From: Chrysomallon squamiferum
Taxonomy: Eukaryota; Animalia; Mollusca
Direction of reading: 5' to 3'
DNA: 64,000 nucleotides
Assembly: GCA_012295275.1 (NCBI GenBank)
Contig: CM022668.1
Coordinates: 14,942,001-15,006,000 of the forward strand
Part shown: positions 29,114-43,741 of the stretch, in pieces
Position numbering within the stretch: position 1 is the stretch's first letter
Layout: every line of letters begins with the position of its first letter
Position numbers and translations under genes: made by a program
The notes under the pieces: model-generated
What the model was told of the DNA's origin: nothing
The model's database searches: none
The model's input: only the letters and a program-made list of their open reading frames with translations

Positions 29114-29603
29114 TGAAGTACTTCGCGGAGTGGTTCTTTCTGGGAACGAGTCTGGCGCGAATAGTCGCGTGCTGCTGATAAGGATTCCGCACGCGCAAGA
29201 CAAGGAAATGGACACGATTGGAGATTATCTGTGTAAATTACATTATGGGATTCTAACACGTGCGTTCTGACGGCAGATCAGACAAGAAGATTACGAAGTT
29301 CGTTATAATTGGGAAACGGATATTATCAAATTTCTCGTACTTTTTTGAAACTAGGAAAAAGTATTAATAATATATCTTTATGAATATTTAAAAAAAAAAA
29401 AAAAAAAAAAAAAATTGAAAAATCCTCACGTAACTTCTTTGAAAATTCGTATTTCTGAATGCCAAGAGAAAATAGAAAATTCGAAGGAAAAAAAAAAAAC
29501 GGAAACAAATTTAAAACGAAAATAAATAAGATATAGAAGTAATTGAAGAAGAAGAAGAACAAAACAACAAGTGAAGGAACGAATACAACAAACCAACAAA
29601 GAC

Positions 29604-29649
<46 letters not shown>

Positions 29650-29803
29650 TTAAATAAATAAATAAATAAAACGATCAAAATAAATAAACAAATAAATATA
29701 AAATATAAAAAAAAAAAAAAAAAAACTGGATTACTTACGACACAATTTCTTCGAACGGTGACGACAACTGTGCTTATTGCGTCACTGACAGAAAGATGAC
29801 GTC

Positions 29804-29898
29804 ATGGAATGCGAGAGGGTCAACATTCTTGTTGTCAAGGAGTTAAAAATGCTCCTCGTATTGTCTGTTTGGCTTTTTCTGATGACATCTAGAATGAG
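29804..29898 (+). CDS. Wnt10: Wnt10 coding exon 1 (signal peptide [32 protein letters not shown])
   Basis: Hydrophobic N-terminal segment ending at a perfect AG|GTAAGT donor in phase 2, which exon 2 requires (AG+A = Arg). A second in-frame ATG lies at 29849. Not in the ORF track. Confidence 0.8.
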
Positions 29899-30652
29899 GT
29901 AAGTCAATTATTGTTTTAATTTCTTTCTTTGTGTATGTATGGTTTTCAGATCTCCGCACATTTGCTGTTTCGAGTTTTGTGATTTGCACGTACAATCCTA
30001 GTTTGTTTATTTTTACCAAGAAGATTAAGGATGGTTCTAGAACCTCATAAATGCAGTCAAGTGTGTCCAATTTTTTTTTTTTTTGGTTCATTTCTATTTC
30101 GAACATTTTCTGTATTAATTTTTGTTTTCGATTCTGACGTATTTTTCTTCTTCTTTTTTTTTTTTTTTAATGTAATTTTTTTTGTTTGTTTGTTTGTTTG
30201 TTTGTTTGTTTGTTTATTTATTAATTTATTTATTTATTTATTTATTTCTCTATTTCGTTTTCCTTCATTTTTTTTTCATTCATTCTTCATCATTTCTTTC
30301 TTTCTTTCATTCTTTGCTTTATTCTTTCTCTGCTTTTCATATATTTATTTATTAATTGGTAATTTCTTTTTTATATATAATTAAACACCACCACCACCAT
30401 TACTACCACACCAACAACTATAACAATAAGTACAACTCTACAATGCCAACAACAACTACTATTACTACTACTACACTAACAGCCACTACAACCACTGCTG
30501 CTTCAGTTATAATTTTCTTTATAATGATTATTAACATTAGCGATAAATTTTATTAATGTTTGATATGATTTGTTATTCTTATTCTTATTCTTCTTATTAT
30601 TGTTGTTGTTATTATAAGTGTTGTTGTTGTTCTTTTTCTTCTTCTTCTTCTT

Positions 30653-30683
<31 letters not shown>

Positions 30684-31045
30684 TTATTATTATTATTATT
30701 ATACATTCTCTTAGTGATTTCTGTCCGATTGTCTACGATTACATAAACGTAGAACATGGCACAAGTAATAGTGAAATATATTTCATTTTCATTTACTAAT
30801 ATTATATTTATTGCTATCGGATTTGAAAAAAAAACAAAAAATAAAATAAAATAAAATAAAATAAAATAAAATAAAACAAAAATAAATTAATTAATTAAAA
30901 CAATATATAATTTAAAACAAAACAAAACAAAACAAAAAGAATTAAAATAAATAAACAAACAAATAATAAATAAATAAATTAATTAATTAAAAACGAATGA
31001 TACCAAAGAAAAAGCAAATAAACGAATAAAGAATGAAATTTATTT

Positions 31046-31132
<87 letters not shown>

Positions 31133-31443
31133 GCAAATATAAATTACGCTCTCCTTCTTCTTCTACTTATCATTATTGTTGTTGTCGTTCTTGTTATCGT
31201 CATTTAAAACATAGAAGTAAAGAATTTCTTTTAACTTGAATCGATGAATGACAAAATGTCATTGAATGGACAGATTAATGAATGAAAGAATGAATGGAAA
31301 TGTGAACGAATAAAGGACTAAAAATATGCTAGTGATTGGAGAAATGAACGAAAGAATTAAGAAATGAGTGAACGAATGTATAAATAAATAACTGTTTCAA
31401 AAGTTTTGATTCTTGAACAGAATTTTAACACAGTCTGTTACGT

Positions 31444-31509
<66 letters not shown>

Positions 31510-32399
31510 TATTTATAGTAAAAACAAAGTACCAAAAAGTAAACAAATATTAAACAAAAAATATATGCTGAGATTATGAACCAAAAAAGGACGGAAAGAA
31601 GTGATAAAGAATAAATAAATAAATAAATAATCTATTAAGCCTTATATATATATATATATAGTAATACTTATAAATTAATTATATCTTTATTATGTTTTCA
31701 CAGAATTATATGCATTTATGCATAATATATTTATTTATTTACATTTTCAAACTGATATTAATTTAATTTGCATTGTATATATATTTTACCTTTAACCCTG
31801 ATTATTGTAGTTGTTTAATTTAAAATATTTATTTGTAAAAATTTTCAAAACACAGATATAAATTAAAAATAAACTTTATTCATTTGCAAATAAAAAATAA
31901 ATCGTAATATTTTAGAAAACAAAGTAACTATTTTTTTCTATTAACTAACTAATCGTAATACTTTGTTGGTTACAAATTAATGATATTAAGAAATAGATAA
32001 AACAACATTAATAACTGTTAGTTACTTTTACTTATTACTTTATTTTAAAAATAATAAAATAATGTTTTCCCATATCAATATTACTTCTTTAAAAACTAAA
32101 GCTATTGTTAAACTGCAATAGAAATTAAAATTTATATTTTTAGTATATATTGGTTTTATTTTAGAAACTGAAATACTTGTGTATAACATTATATTAAAAA
32201 CATTAAAATTAAAGTCTTTTAAATTATTATTGTACTTTTAAAATTAATTGTATAATTATTGTGAAAAGATAATATTGTTTTATTTTATAATTTAACATTA
32301 ATAATGTAAAAATAATGTTCAGTTTAAACATATTTATTTATTACAAATAAAATTAAACATACAATTAAACAAATAATGATAATAATAATAATAATAATA

Positions 32400-32475
<76 letters not shown>

Positions 32476-32749
32476 TATTATTATTATTATTATTACGTCC
32501 TATTTTAGGAAGATCAATAGAAAAAATATAGATAAAAATTATACGACGGAACAAAATAATTCTATTTTCAGTATCATACTCTTACAATATAAATAAACCT
32601 TAATAGATATTTCCATTATAACATGAAGTCTATTATACTGGTATTATAATAATTACAAAAGGAATTTAGTTCTCACAGGAATACACGAAAAGGAATATTC
32701 CCAGAAACTTAATACAAAAGTACCTATTACTTTAAATTTTGAAAAAAAG

Positions 32750-32784
<35 letters not shown>

Positions 32785-34232
32785 CGGATTACAAAGAACG
32801 GGATAGCCTTTAATCTTGTTATCATTGTCGGTTAGCGAAATAGACATATTAGTCTGAAATGAACACCATTTTTAACCTGTAAAATTAATCCGAGTGTTGC
32901 TTTGTGGGTAATTTGTTTAAAAGTAACCAGGTACAAAATGTTCTTTTCCATACGCTAAGCAATACGTCATTTGGACTGGGGGCGGGTCTAGTAGGGGTGG
33001 GTGGGTAATTTGATTTAATGAAAACTGTCATTTTTTATTTTTATTGTTAAATAGTTTGGTATAGAAGTGCTCTTGTATATAAAAATATTACTGTACAGCC
33101 TTATCTTTTACTGTAAACTGAGAAATAATATTGTGTTTATTCATATGTATGTATGTATGTATATATGTAAGTGTGTGTGTATGTATGTATGTAAGTGTGT
33201 ATGTATGTATGTATGTATGTGTGTATATGTATATGTATGTATGTGTGTGTATGTATGTATATGTATGCATGTATGTGTGTGTTTGTATATATGTATTCAT
33301 ATGTATGTATATGTTTATGTTTGTATATATATGTATGTATGTATATAATGTATGTATATGTGTATGCATGTATATATATATATATGTATGTATGTATGTA
33401 ATATATGTACGTATATATGTATGTATGTATGTTTACATACACAGTTTGGATATATTCAAGACCACCATCATTTCTTTCTTTACCCTGACGAAACTTCTTC
33501 AGACGTGACTGCCCGACCCCGTCCCTCTGTAAACACATTCCTGGGCCCGCCCCTCGGGATGTGAACTTTAACACCGTCGACGACAGAGGCCGACACCACA
33601 CCCTATTACAACAACGTGCAGCGCATCCCCTTGCTCTGTGATATTTATACCTTCCTGGACAGTTGACTATCACGTTTCTTTCTCACGGTTTACCTTGTCG
33701 TAGATAAAAGGGTATTACTGGGGGGGGGAGTAAAGGAAGAAAGGCGTGGCTAGTTCGTTCAGAAAGAATATTAGTTTTCCTAGGGTTCATTAAAGTTATG
33801 ATTAAGCACGCCTTTTGTGGGCTGGTGATCTTGTGGTGGAAGTGTTATTAGTAGATAAGGCATGTGATTGGTATCTTGAGCTATGTAACAGATATTGTTA
33901 TGCTGTGTTCAAAGAATTATATATTTTTCTGCCTTGAAGTATTATATAATACATTCGACGTAAATTCGATGACGTTAGCTAAATAACTAAAAAGGTTGAG
34001 ATGGAAATAGTTTTATTATTGTTTTAATTTTAAGATTAATATTCAAAAGAAAGATAGAAAGAAAGAAAAAAGATAGAATAAATAAATAATGTAAATAAAA
34101 TTAAAAAAAATAAATGACGTAAATTAAAAATAATAAATAAATAAAGAAATTATATTATAGTAAATAAATACAAAATATTGAAGAACAAACAAACGCAGAA
34201 ATAAAATCATTATTCTTTATTCTTTCTTTCTT

Positions 34233-34265
<33 letters not shown>

Positions 34266-34639
34266 TTTCATGATGACAACATTTTTTCAAATAATTATTA
34301 TAAGTTTCATGATAAGATTCATTACACTTGGATTTTTTTAAGAATTAGAAAACGGACTAAAGATACATTGTGTCACTGTATCCTCATTTCAAACGGATTC
34401 CATTTTTAGTGAATATCATAACTTTAAGTCTTATCTTCTTTAATTCTTTTTTTTTAATTTATTTTTCCTCTTTAGAACACACCACAAGAAACAAATGTCT
34501 GACCTTCAAAAAAAAAAAAAACTGATTATTTTCTTATCATAAATTCTTGCGAAACTAAAACCATGCAGAATACGTGCTTTTCTTCCTTGTTCAAGAACTG
34601 TTTCTCTCCCTGGCTTCTTTTTGCTGGAATCGGCGCAAG

Positions 34640-34670
<31 letters not shown>

Positions 34671-34971
34671 AATCTCAAAGAACACGTGTTTGAAAGAACA
34701 AAGATTTTCAGTAGCGATATTTGTCTTTGATGTGGAACGCGATACGGGAGTTTGTTACTTTTAGCAGCTCTTTAAAGTGATAAACATTCATTCGCCATGT
34801 GGCGGGCACCCACGTCACGGGAATGTCCGACTTCCGGTTCGTTTGGCGGATGTGTAGCAACATCCGGTTGCGCAGTGACCTCTCTGTAGAATCCATTATG
34901 TAAGACAAGTTAGGGAGCGGATGTTTGAGGTTTTATTTGTTGTTGAAACGATTTTTTTAATCGTTCCTTTT

Positions 34972-35006
<35 letters not shown>

Positions 35007-35021
35007 TTCATTTATGTTTTA

Positions 35022-35071
<50 letters not shown>

Positions 35072-35091
35072 TAATAATAATAAACATAAAC

Positions 35092-35144
<53 letters not shown>

Positions 35145-35170
35145 TATTTATTTATTTTTAAACACTACTT

Positions 35171-35216
<46 letters not shown>

Positions 35217-36038
35217 TTATATAGCCTCAAAATGATCAAACGCTAATAACTTATGTCATTTACTCAGTTACCTGTGTTTATTTGTCTTCACCACAAACGA
35301 TTTCACTCTGTCTTTTAACGTTCACCCATGAAACGTTCTATAACAGTATTCCTCGGACAAAAAGCTTACACTGAGACTACAGATTGTATCGAACAACAAC
35401 GACGTCTTTATAAGCTTTGATAAGCTCTATTTCATAACCTGTAGCGAAAAAGTAACACACCAAACCCTTTGATCCTAGATAGTTCAATTCATCTATTACA
35501 AATACAGAAGAAGAAGAATAATAAAAAAAAAGAGACCGATATATTAAAAGTTCTGGGCAATAAACGTATGTTTGGGAAATAAATGCTCTGGAAAAGCCAT
35601 GTAGATGAATATGGAATAGTTTTTTTTTCTCTATCACTTGTCCTGGCTTAAAATAACATAAAACCCTAATACTGTATGGTGGTTTTTTTATGGGATTTTT
35701 TAATACATAGCTTCTTTAAATCTTTATATTTCTTAGAAGTAAAGATTTTTTCAAATTAACCTTAAAAGTTGCTGAGTGTTCACGTTTGTAAGATGCTGAT
35801 GAAGGAAAAGGGTTCAGAAAGACATAAAGATGCTATCGTTTTTATTGCTGCTGTTTTCATAAAGTTTGTATCCGTGAATAAACGTTTTACATTCGGTTTT
35901 CGTATCTTAGAAACTGATAGTGCATGGGAAGGAAATTAAAAAAAGCAAGAGCACTTATATATGTGTGTGTGTGAAACAGAGAGAATGCTGTTTTATATCT
36001 GAAAGATAATGTCGATTTGTCGAGTGCTGAAGAGAGAA

Positions 36039-36097
<59 letters not shown>

Positions 36098-39000
36098 TGT
36101 GTGATTAAGACAGGAGATTAAGACAAGAAAATAACTATTAATGAACATAGTCGAAAAATCCAGAATTAAAACATTTGCCAAAGATGCTATAACGTGTTTT
36201 AACATTATCCATATCTCTGACTCAGACTGCTGACATTTACACGAATGTTTTTTCTCTTGCTACTTTCAGATGTACTCAAAATGACATTCTTCGTCTTAAT
36301 ATTCCAAAAGAACCGCACCTTGACCCCAACACCGTGTGCAAAACATACCCGCAGCTTTCAGCCAATCAGTACGATCTTTGCCGGAAGTATCCTGACGTCA
36401 CAGCCTCGGCTATTCAGGGTGTCCAGATAGCGGTACACGAGTGCCAGTACCAGTTGAAAGCTCACCGCTGGAACTGTTCTTCTCTGGAGAAAAAGAACAA
36501 AAATCCACATGCTAGTCCTATTCTAAGAAAGGGTAAATTTTGGTTTCTGTTTACAGTGTTGTCGTGATAAAATTATGACTTTTAAAAACAAATTACCTTT
36601 GTATCTATGAATGTGTTCGTGCTCCCAAAAAATATATTTCTTGTAAGTGGCCTATAATGTAAATATTTATCTAGTTATCTTGTCTGCTATTTATAGTGAT
36701 AGCAGGATATATATATATACCTACATATTTATACGTATATACACCTATATAAATATTCACATATCAGAAACAAGATTAACAACAAGAAATAACTTTTAAA
36801 ATCATTTTAGACATTTGTTTTATCCAGGTCATCACAAAATCAAAAGAGAAAAAAATAAATAAAGAAAAAGAAAAAAAAAAAGAAAAAAAAGAAAATAAAG
36901 CGACATTATCAACCTAAAACATTTTTAAAAAAACAGCCTTTTAATTTAAACATTCATTTCGCATTGCGCGGGCTCTATTTTATTCTTCGTTCACATGGCT
37001 GTTAATATCAAAAAAAAAAAAAAAAAAAAAAAATTGTTTACGAAAATATCCCAGTGGCAGCATAGACAATATTTAAGAGCGGCTCCACGCATTATTATCA
37101 TAATATTTCTGATAACAGTAGCAAGAGGTCAAAATAACACGCATACACGTGTGTATTTATTGTTAGAAACCTGTCCGCCACCAGCTAATTGCGCGAAACT
37201 TAGCCAATCGCCGAGGTGATCTGTATCTTTTTTCATCCACCACGTGTTTTCCGCTGGGAAGGAAAAAAAAAAAAAAAAAAAAGAGGAAAGGAGGCCATTT
37301 TGACTGAAGCTCGCTCTCGGTAATTACCGAAGAAGCAGACGTTTGTATCGAAAAGTGAAACACGTATTTTACCTCACGAACGGTGGGGGGTCGGGGGATC
37401 GGGGGATGGGGGGTGTGGGTCAGAGATGCGAGTTAGCTCTTTACTGCGTGTTTCCCCATCGGTTTGATTATTTTTAGAAGACATTTGTGGATGCTTTCAG
37501 GCAGTTAGCAAACATTGTGATAGCGCGCGTGTGGATGAGGTGAGCATGAAAACCCTGGCGGAGATAAACACCATTTACTTCTGATCATTTGCAATATGTT
37601 TTATTGCGCGTTTCCTGCCATATATAAAAAAAAAAAAAAAAAAAAATGTATATAAAAAGTAGTTCCGGATCGGTAGCTGAGACGAATCATTTTGTCCCGA
37701 GTGGTTCCGATTCTTCAAGCGCACGTGCTCGCCGGATCAAACAAGTCGCCGCGGGTTCTTAGATCTTTTTTTTTTGAATGTCGGCCATCACTGGGAAATA
37801 AAACCAGCTTTTTATGTCTTCTAATTTCTCACCAGCGAATTCAAACAGTCCGTGGCGAGAGTTTGCCGTCTCCAGCGATTCCAGAATCTTCGTGTGTGTT
37901 CGGAAGCGTCTCTCAGAACGAGGCGCATTCTAATTTAGGGCCCGCTTCGTTGAAACTGATTTTAACTGCTTGAAGTCAGTTGTTGGTTGTTGGTTGTTTT
38001 TTTTTTAGACTAATTGAGACGTTTAGTGTTCTCATTACGGTTTCATAGATCTACGTCAGGTTGTTGTAATCAAGTTTGAATTAATTAGACGAACGGTTTT
38101 GATAATGTTATCAGAATGATTTATCGTTCTAAAAATACAGAAAATACTTTGGTGTTTATTTTTAAGTATCAAGGACAGATAATTAAAAAAAAAAAAAAAA
38201 AATAGTTTTCCATTATTTATTCGTTAGTCATTATTTTATCAATAATAGGTTGTTTTTTTTGCTAGAATATTTAATTATTAGTTGTATTATGATAATATTT
38301 TTATTTTGTGTGTATATTTGAAACAAAGCTATTTATTTGTTTTGGACTGCTCAGTATTTATCCAGCTGTTTCTTGATCTATAAGATTTTGTTTTATTTCT
38401 AACCGTCCTTCTTTCAGTAACTACGATATTTTTTCATGAATCTCCTTTGATCATTCTGTCAATAGTACCCGTATATGTACATACATACGTACACACACAC
38501 ACACATTTTGAGCCCTTCGTTCATTCTACCATTAGTTTAATACTTTTTTCTTTCTAAAGAATAATTTTACTTACACACACACAAACACACACACAGACAC
38601 GCACACACACACACACAAATCCAAACACATATGTACATATATATCTACATCTATCTATCTATCTATATAAAAAATTATTTATTTACTTACATACTTACTT
38701 ACGTACTTACTTACTTACATACATATTTACTTACTTACTTACTTACATACATACTTACTTACTTACTTACTTACATACTTACATACTTACATACTTACAT
38801 ACTTACTTACTTACTTACTTACATACTTACTTAGTTACTTACATACATACTTACATACTTACTTACTTACATACTTACATACTTACTTACGTATTTAATT
38901 AAAACAAACACGTATGTTTTCAGGATTCAGGGAAACGTCTTTCGCTTACGCCATTTCTGCGGCCGGCGTCACGCACCAAGTCTCCAAAGCGTGCAGCATG

Positions 39001-40974
39001 GGAAAACTGAAGTCGTGCGGCTGCGACATGAGCGTCTACGGCATGCAGCAGCTACGGCGGAACATGTACGGGTCGCGACAGAAGAGCTTCGAGTGGGGAG
39101 GCTGCAGCCACAACGTCGACTTCGGCGAACAGTACGCGAGAAAGTTTCTGGATTCGAAGGAAGTGGCGAGGGATCTTCACTCCCAGATCAACCTGCACAA
39201 CAATAAAGCGGGAAGGCTGGTACGTCAGCAAGAATGAAGTAGTTGTATCTTTGTGAAGGAAAGTAGTTGTATCTTTGTGAAGGAAAGTAGTTGTATCTTT
39301 ATGAAGGAAAGTAGTTGTATCTTTGTGAAGGAAAGTAGTTGTATCTTTATGAAGGAAAGTAGTTGTATCTTTGTGAAGGAAGTAGTTGTATCTTTGTGAA
39401 GGAAGTAATTGTATCTTTGTGAAGGAAGTAGTTATACCTTTATAACTAAGTAGTTATATCTTTATGAAATAAGTTATATCTTATGAAGAAATTTTCTTTA
39501 AAGAAGAATTATATCGTTATGAAAAAGTAGTTATATCTTTATGAAGAAGTTGTTATATCGTTATAAAAAAGAAAAAAATATTAAAAGAAAAATCGTTAAA
39601 AAAAAGTAGTTATATTTTTATATAAATAAAAATATATCTTTATGAAAAAAAGTCTATATCTTTATAAATAATAATAATTATATTTTTATGTATTCATGAC
39701 AATAAGTTATTCTTTTTGACTTAGTTATATGTTGATATAGAAGGAGTTAACTCTGAAGGAATAGTTATATAGCTCCGTAAAAAAGTAGCTGTATTTTCAT
39801 GAAAAACTATTATAACATAAATTAAACAAGAAAAATATAATTTTTTTTTTCTTTCTTCTTTAAAATAAAATAAACGAAAATAAAAAAAAAAAAAAAAAAC
39901 AACGAAATGCAATTAAATAAATAAATAAATAAATAAATAAAGAAATAAATACTAACTGTTTAAATTAATGTGTTGTAATATATTTTTTCATTTCTTATCC
40001 ATTTAACAGTTATTTCATTTTACTATTATTTTTTTTTTAATTATTTTTATTACTTCGTTACATTCATTTACATATTACTTATTAACTTTTCTGCAGGCGG
40101 TGATTCGTCACGTGACCAAAGAGTGCAAATGTCACGGAATGTCGGGAAGCTGTGAACTAAAAACGTGCTGGAAGTCGACGCCGAAATTTCGAGTCGTCGG
40201 CAACATTCTGAAGCGAAAATTTGACGTTGCGAGCAAGGTACAGGTACAGGCTCTCACATGCTCTAAGCATGGCATGGAGTGAATATATTATGTTAATGTA
40301 GTTTATACGTCACGGCTTTACATAATACTATAGTAGTAGTTTCGTATGAATATATTATGATAATGTAGTTTATACGTCATGGCTTTATATAATACTATAG
40401 TAATAGTTTCGTATGAATATATTATGATAATGTAGTTTATACGTCACGGCTTTACATAATACTATAGTAGTAGTTTCGTATGAATATATTATGATAATGT
40501 AGTTTATACGTCACGGCTTTATATAATACTGTAGTAGTAGTTTCGTATGAATATATTATGATAATGTAGTTTATACGTCATGGCTTTACGTCATGCTATG
40601 GTAATTATTTCTCATGAACATGTTATTATAATGTCGATTATAATGTCTTTGGAGCTTATTATAATGTAACGGTAGTTTCGTATTTGATACTCTGAATAAA
40701 TTATTATAATGTAGTTTCTTCTTCTTAGTTTTTTTATTTAGTATTAAAAAATATGATAACATAATTTATATTTTTTACTGTTATATTATGTAGTAGTAGT
40801 TTCGTATTTAATACTCTGTAAATAAATTATGATAATGTAGTTTATGTGCTTGTATTATAACAGAGAAGTAGTGTATTATTTGTGTTGCATCATGCACTTT
40901 AGACTTGTTGTGTCTGTAAATAAAAATGTGATCTGTTTCATTTTATCTCCTTAACTTTTGCCTGTGTTCGTTAC

Positions 40975-41059
<85 letters not shown>

Positions 41060-41512
41060 TATTTCTCAATAATCGTGTATGTGCATGTCTGTTTGTATAC
41101 CTGTCCCAGTATTTTTTTTTTCAACCTCTCTCTCTCTATATATATATACACATTTATCAAAACAAAATTTCTCACGTGCGAACCTCTCTCCTAGGTCCAC
41201 GTCTCCAACAACGCCTACGGGACGCTGTTCAAACGCAACGGACGACGTCCCAGACAGACGGATCTTCTGTACTACCAGAAATCTCCGAACTTCTGCGAAC
41301 CGAGCCGACGTTACGACGCGCCGGGAACGACGGGTCGCCTGTGCAACAAGACCAGCAACGGCATCGACAACTGCCAGACGCTGTGCTGCGGCCGCGGCTA
41401 CAACACGCTGAAAGTGGAACGGTCCGAGAGGTGTCACTGCAAGTTCTACTGGTGCTGCTACGTCGAGTGCAAGACTTGCCATTATAACGACTGGGTCACT
41501 GTGTGCAAATGA
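29804..41512 (+). CDS. Wnt10: Wnt10, join(29804..29898,36270..36532,38924..39219,40097..40237,41195..41512), 370 aa
   Basis: Five GT-AG-bounded exons with compatible phases (2,1,0,0) sum to 1113 nt. [20 protein letters not shown]...[21 protein letters not shown]...RWNCSSLE...[16 protein letters not shown]...[13 protein letters not shown] closely follows WNT10A/B as I recall them. Lipidation motif [10 protein letters not shown] and C-terminal [16 protein letters not shown]...VCK are present. Confidence 0.93.
36270..36532 (+). CDS. Wnt10: Wnt10 coding exon 2
   Basis: tttcag acceptor; encodes CTQNDILRL...[22 protein letters not shown]; G|gtaaat donor. Confidence 0.93.
38680..38890. repeat. (ACTT)n/(ACAT)n compound microsatellite just upstream of Wnt10 exon 3
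   Basis: Directly visible. Confidence 0.9.
38924..39219 (+). CDS. Wnt10: Wnt10 coding exon 3
   Basis: ttttcag acceptor; encodes [11 protein letters not shown]...WGGCSHN...[10 protein letters not shown]; gtacgt donor. Confidence 0.95.
39237..39800. repeat. 24-bp minisatellite in Wnt10 intron 3
   Basis: Unit agttgtatctttgtgaaggaaagt, about 8 near-perfect copies to ~39430, then progressively degenerate. Confidence 0.9.
40097..40237 (+). CDS. Wnt10: Wnt10 coding exon 4
   Basis: ctgcag acceptor; encodes [25 protein letters not shown]...FDVASK; gtacag donor (a second gtacag lies 6 nt downstream). Confidence 0.93.
40281..40860. repeat. 67-bp minisatellite in Wnt10 intron 4
   Basis: Units start at 40281, 40348, 40415, 40482 and 40549 (gaatatattatgataatgtagtttatacgtcacggcttt...tttcgtat), followed by degenerate copies. 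Confidence 0.9.
41195..41512 (+). CDS. Wnt10: Wnt10 coding exon 5 (terminal)
   Basis: cctag acceptor; encodes VHVSNNAYG...[12 protein letters not shown]...GTTGRLCN...CCGRGYN...[16 protein letters not shown]...VCK, stop TGA. The ORF track does not show this frame. Confidence 0.95.
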   Translation, partial: VHVSNNAYGTLFKRNGRRPRQTDLLYYQKSPNFCEPSRRYDAPGTTGRLCNKTSNGIDNCQTLCCGRGYNTLKVERSERCHCKFYWCCYVECKTCHYNDWVTVCK

Positions 41513-42757
41513 AACTGTTCGATGGTGGGGTTTTTTTTTTTGTATTCTGGGTGGTGGGGGTGGTTTTTTTTTTTGAAGTTTTTTTTTTTGGGGGGGGGCG
41601 TTCGTGGATTTCTGCGTCTCAGTTGATGGTTGTTGTTGTGGTGTTACGTTTGCTGTCACGTGGTTAAGTCACCGGAACCGGAAAGGAAGTCGATTCGATT
41701 CGAAAGTTCGAGACTTTTATGATTAGAAATTTTGGTGCGTGTTTTAAATGTTTTTATTTTATTATTATTTTATTTTTTATTTTATTTTATTTTAGTTTTA
41801 TTTATTTATTTATTTTACATCTGTTTACATCACTAGAATGTTCCATTGTGATCATTTTCTCACTTGCAAGCTCATTTAGCAGCAGTCTATCACACCAGAA
41901 TTAATCTTTCATGGAAATGGACAATATCTGCTCGTGTTTGTTGAAAGCATAATGTTTATTTGTATTACAAAACTGGGCGCAAAAATATTCGACACCATGA
42001 AACCTGAATTATGAATTACAAATTATCTTTTTATTGGATGAATTTACAAGAAAGATTAAATATCACGTAGCCCCTTACTCCAGGATTCAGCAATGGGCAA
42101 GAACTAATAAATGAACTCTTCAAAACGAACGAATGCTTTCTTAATTCTTTTCTCTTCATTTTTCTTATTTTTTTTATTTTCACGTTTGTTGAGAATGTTT
42201 GTCTCCCCTTATTGAACAATGGCGCACAGCTGTTGAGCAGTTTTACGCAACCGTGATGTTTTGTCCTTTGATTAGAGTCGAATTTTATTAATAGCACACA
42301 TCATGTTGCTTATTTTTCCTCTTGTTATTATTAATAGGAATTTAATTTAATTTAATTTAATTTATTTTATTTTATTTTTGTTTTATTTATTTATTTGTTT
42401 TTTTATTATATTTTTTATTAATTTATTTATTTATATTATTTATTTATATTGTTTTATTTTTCTGTGATGAATAAAACGAGACCGAAACTTATTTCTTTCA
42501 AATCCACTCTTTTAAGTTGCTAATACAGGTTTCATTTCTGTTGTAGTATTATCTTTAAGTTTCTCTGCTTTGCTTTATCTGTGAAGCTCTTAAATTATTT
42601 CTAGTTTGTGTTTTCAGAAGCGACATCTTTGCAGCTGAAAATACCATTTCAGATATTACGTAAAATTACGTAGTTTATATTTTATGTGGAATAGTATTTG
42701 GGCTTCTCAATTCTTGTGTTTGTATTTGTTTAAAAATGTTATTCTTTCTTTATTACA

Positions 42758-42816
<59 letters not shown>

Positions 42817-43339
42817 TTCGTGTGCAGTGTGCAGTAGATTCCTTTTAAAATAAAATATTACTTCATTTGTGGTTTGTGATGGCATTTTTCGTTATTTATA
42901 AATAAATAAATAAATAATAACAAAAAAACAAATTATATATATAAATTGCTATAAAAGTATCAGTACTTAAATGAATTCATATATATCGTTATGAAAAAAT
43001 AATATTACAACAAATATCTTTAAATAGTTTGGTTCAAAAAATATTTTTCATTGTTTTAGAAACATGAGCATAAATGTCTTTTTTTTTTCTGCTGCATTGT
43101 GGTAAAACGACAAACTAAGAACTGTGCTGTTTTTACACTGTGTCGGTTTAAATGTTGAAATAAAAAAATTCAAAACTTTTTTTCATTTTTCCTTTTTTTT
43201 TTTTTTATTAAATTTTTATTATTAATTTATTTTTTATTTTGAAGCTAAGCACAATCTTCTCTGTAAAATTTATATTTTACAAATAAAAAACTGTACGTTT
43301 GATTTTGTGCATTGTTTTATTTCTCTTTGGTTTCTTTCT

Positions 43340-43453
<114 letters not shown>

Positions 43454-43693
43454 TATGAATGAATTAGAATTGAATATTCTGTTAAGAGATGATTTCCTGA
43501 ATATTATATTTAACAAATAAACTACAAAACATAATTTTAAAACACTGATATTAAAACACAGATTACAAATATAAATACTGGTTTTATTGTGAAATGAGCT
43601 GTACACAACAAAATAAGCACAATATTTATATATTTTCAACATACATGTACTACACTAAAACAACAAGACATAACAACATAAAATAAAAATCCA

Positions 43694-43741
<48 letters not shown>

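Noticed and set aside
39237-40860. CRISPR-like appearance of regular repeats (also 60288-60422)
   Set aside because: Units are head-to-tail with no unique spacers, in eukaryotic intronic or intergenic context, with no cas genes.
41066-41659. 197-aa minus ORF and two + ORFs over Wnt10 exon 5
   Set aside because: Antisense or alternative frames of the real Wnt10 terminal exon.
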